Below, piece after piece: positions 245,795 to 248,000 of a stretch of 248,000 bases of DNA (the stretch's first letter is position 1; each line of letters begins with the position of its first letter). A model generated the notes under the pieces. That model made no database searches, was not told the DNA's origin, and saw only the letters and a program-made list of their open reading frames with translations. Both the position numbers and the translations under genes were made by a program. Origin of the DNA: Octopus vulgaris (Eukaryota); contig OX597825.1 of assembly GCA_951406725.2 (NCBI GenBank), forward strand, positions 14,900,001 through 15,148,000. The letters are read 5' to 3'.

Positions 245795-246430
245795 AGTGGT
245801 AGTAGTAGTAGTGGTGGTGGTGGTGGTGGTGGTGGTAGTAGTAGTAGTAGTAGTGGTGGTGGTGGTGGTGGTAGTAGTAAGATGAGGAGAAGGGGAGGAG
245901 GAGAGGGGAGAGGAGGGCGCGGACGAAGACCACAACGAGAAGGAGGAAGACGTGGAGGACGAGGAGGACGTGGTGGGCGAGGAGGACGTCAACGATGAGG
246001 TGGGGCAGGAGGAGAACGTGGACGACGTGGAGGACGACGAGGAGGAGGAGGGCGAGGAGGAAGACGAGGAGGAAGTGGAGGAGGAGGAGAAGGAGCGGGA
246101 GAAGGGGGGAAGAAGACATGGAGGCGTAGGAGGACGACGACGACGAGAACATGGAGGAAGGAGGAGGAGGAGGAGGAGGAGGAGGAGGACAAAGTGGAGG
246201 TGGAGCATGAGGAGAACGTGGACGACGTGGAGGACGACGAGGAGGAGAAGGACGTAGAGGAGGACGAGGACGAGGAGGAAGACGAGGAGGAGAAGGACGA
246301 GGAGGAAGACGAGGAGGACGAGGACAACGAAGTGGACGAGGAGGATCACGCGGGGGAGGTTGAGGAGGAGGACGAGGAGGAGGTTGAGGAGGAGGCTGAA
246401 GTGTTAGAGGAGGACAAGGAGGAAGGGGTA
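245795..246430. repeat. GC-rich (GGT)n/(GGA/CGA)n low-complexity tract
   Basis: Direct inspection; source of the acidic and poly-Ser ORFs. Confidence 0.85.
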
Positions 246431-246922
246431 CAGTAGTGGCAATGGAGTGGTTTGTGAATAATAGCCTCCGAAGGTAGTAAACTTATGTTAGCAATGATGA
246501 TGATCACCATCATAATGATGATAATGATGATGGCAACGACGAAGACGTCGACGACAATGACGACGGTACAGGTCATGATGATGGCGTACATAATGAGGAT
246601 AAAGGGGGAAGTGGAGACTGAAGAGGGGTTGAAGAGGATGATACTGGTGATCGAACTGACGCCATGAAGCGTTCATCAAAAATTGTGGAGAAGAGGAATG
246701 CTCTTTTATGGAAATAAATTCAGTGGTTGTGTTATTTATGTAATTTTCCAGAACAGTCCACGAATATCTCCGGTGCATGACCGACATTCTGCCAAGAATA
246801 GAGAAAAGTTCACACATAATATCACCTAAATATTTGCTTTCACAGCAATATTTACGTATATTTACTATGATCATGCATATATGCACCCAGACACATATGT
246901 AAATATATATATATAGATGTAC

Positions 246923-246958
<36 letters not shown>

Positions 246959-246965
246959 GTATGAA

Positions 246966-247115
<150 letters not shown>

Positions 247116-247185
247116 TATACATATATATATATATATACATTTACATATACATATATACATACATATATATACTTATATGGACACC

Positions 247186-247219
<34 letters not shown>

Positions 247220-248000
247220 GGTAAGTACGTGTGCACATACGTAGGTACATAGACATGTATAAAAATACTTTCCCTAATATTTTCTTACATCCTCTGATCA
247301 TAGATGTAAATATGCATATACATATATGATATGACCACACACACGTGTGTAACTACAGATGCACATATTCCATACGTTGATGTTCTGCATATGTGTGTAT
247401 GTGTGTGTGTGAGTCTACGTGTTTTGCTGTGTGTATAACTGTGTGTGTCTGTTTTGTATGTTCGTGTATGTTTGTGTTTGTGTCTGTCTATTTGTGTATT
247501 TGTGTGTGTATGTGTGTCTGCGTGCGTATGTGTATGTGTGTGTGTGTAAATGTATTTTTCCATATGAAATAATGTTCTATAATTTTTGCTTTATTACTCC
247601 AGAAAGATTATGTTGCTCATTCAGTGGTGACAGGTTTTACTTCGGAATTTATATTATTGGTAGATATATCAGAGGTCTTCTTGTAAAAGACTTCAAAGTC
247701 AACTTGTAAAGAACTCATCTAATTGAGGCCATAAATGTTTCGTAAAGGAAGTCGCTGGAATGATTGATAAAAGAATGGCTTAGCTTGTACATTTACAAAC
247801 CAAGCCGAAACAATACTAGATGCAGCCATTGTATGGATATTCTGTCCACTTTTATCACATGACCTTTTAACCTTGTGCCATATTTTGTCTGCTTAACGAA
247901 ATATAAGTGGCAGCAGTGTGAGAATCGAATGTGTGAAGAGAGTTATTTTAGGGAAGTACATGTGAGGGGAAATATTCGAGCTATTGAGACAAATAATGTA

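Noticed and set aside
245952-246436. Acidic E/D-rich ORFs as a real protein
   Set aside because: Derived from GGA/CGA low-complexity repeats flanked by other microsatellites.

Overview
AT-rich, microsatellite-saturated eukaryotic DNA that looks like a cephalopod (Octopus-like) intergenic or very large intronic region. The species call is inferred from the repeat landscape. I could not support any intact host protein-coding exon, tRNA or rRNA gene; nearly all supplied ORFs are microsatellite or antisense artefacts. The window is built from: (i) four modular tRNA-derived SINE groups (called A-D here) with swapped heads and tails, and recurrent head-to-tail multimers; (ii) decayed Dong/R4, RTE, Penelope, Gypsy, mariner/Tc1/maT, hAT, Helitron and Crypton-like elements. 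Two things stand out. First, at least six unrelated short element families carry minimal type I hammerhead ribozyme folds, and their ribozyme-sense 3' end nearly always abuts a (TA)n tract. These include a 546-bp tandem retrozyme-like array, a near-perfect palindrome with one hammerhead on each strand, and families with non-canonical cores (CUGUNGA, CCGAYGA). Second, two diverged tandem copies of an apparently ORF1-only (zinc-knuckle) half-LINE end in the same 3' tail used by the commonest SINE. All folds and alignments were made by eye, and coordinates of degenerate repeats are approximate.
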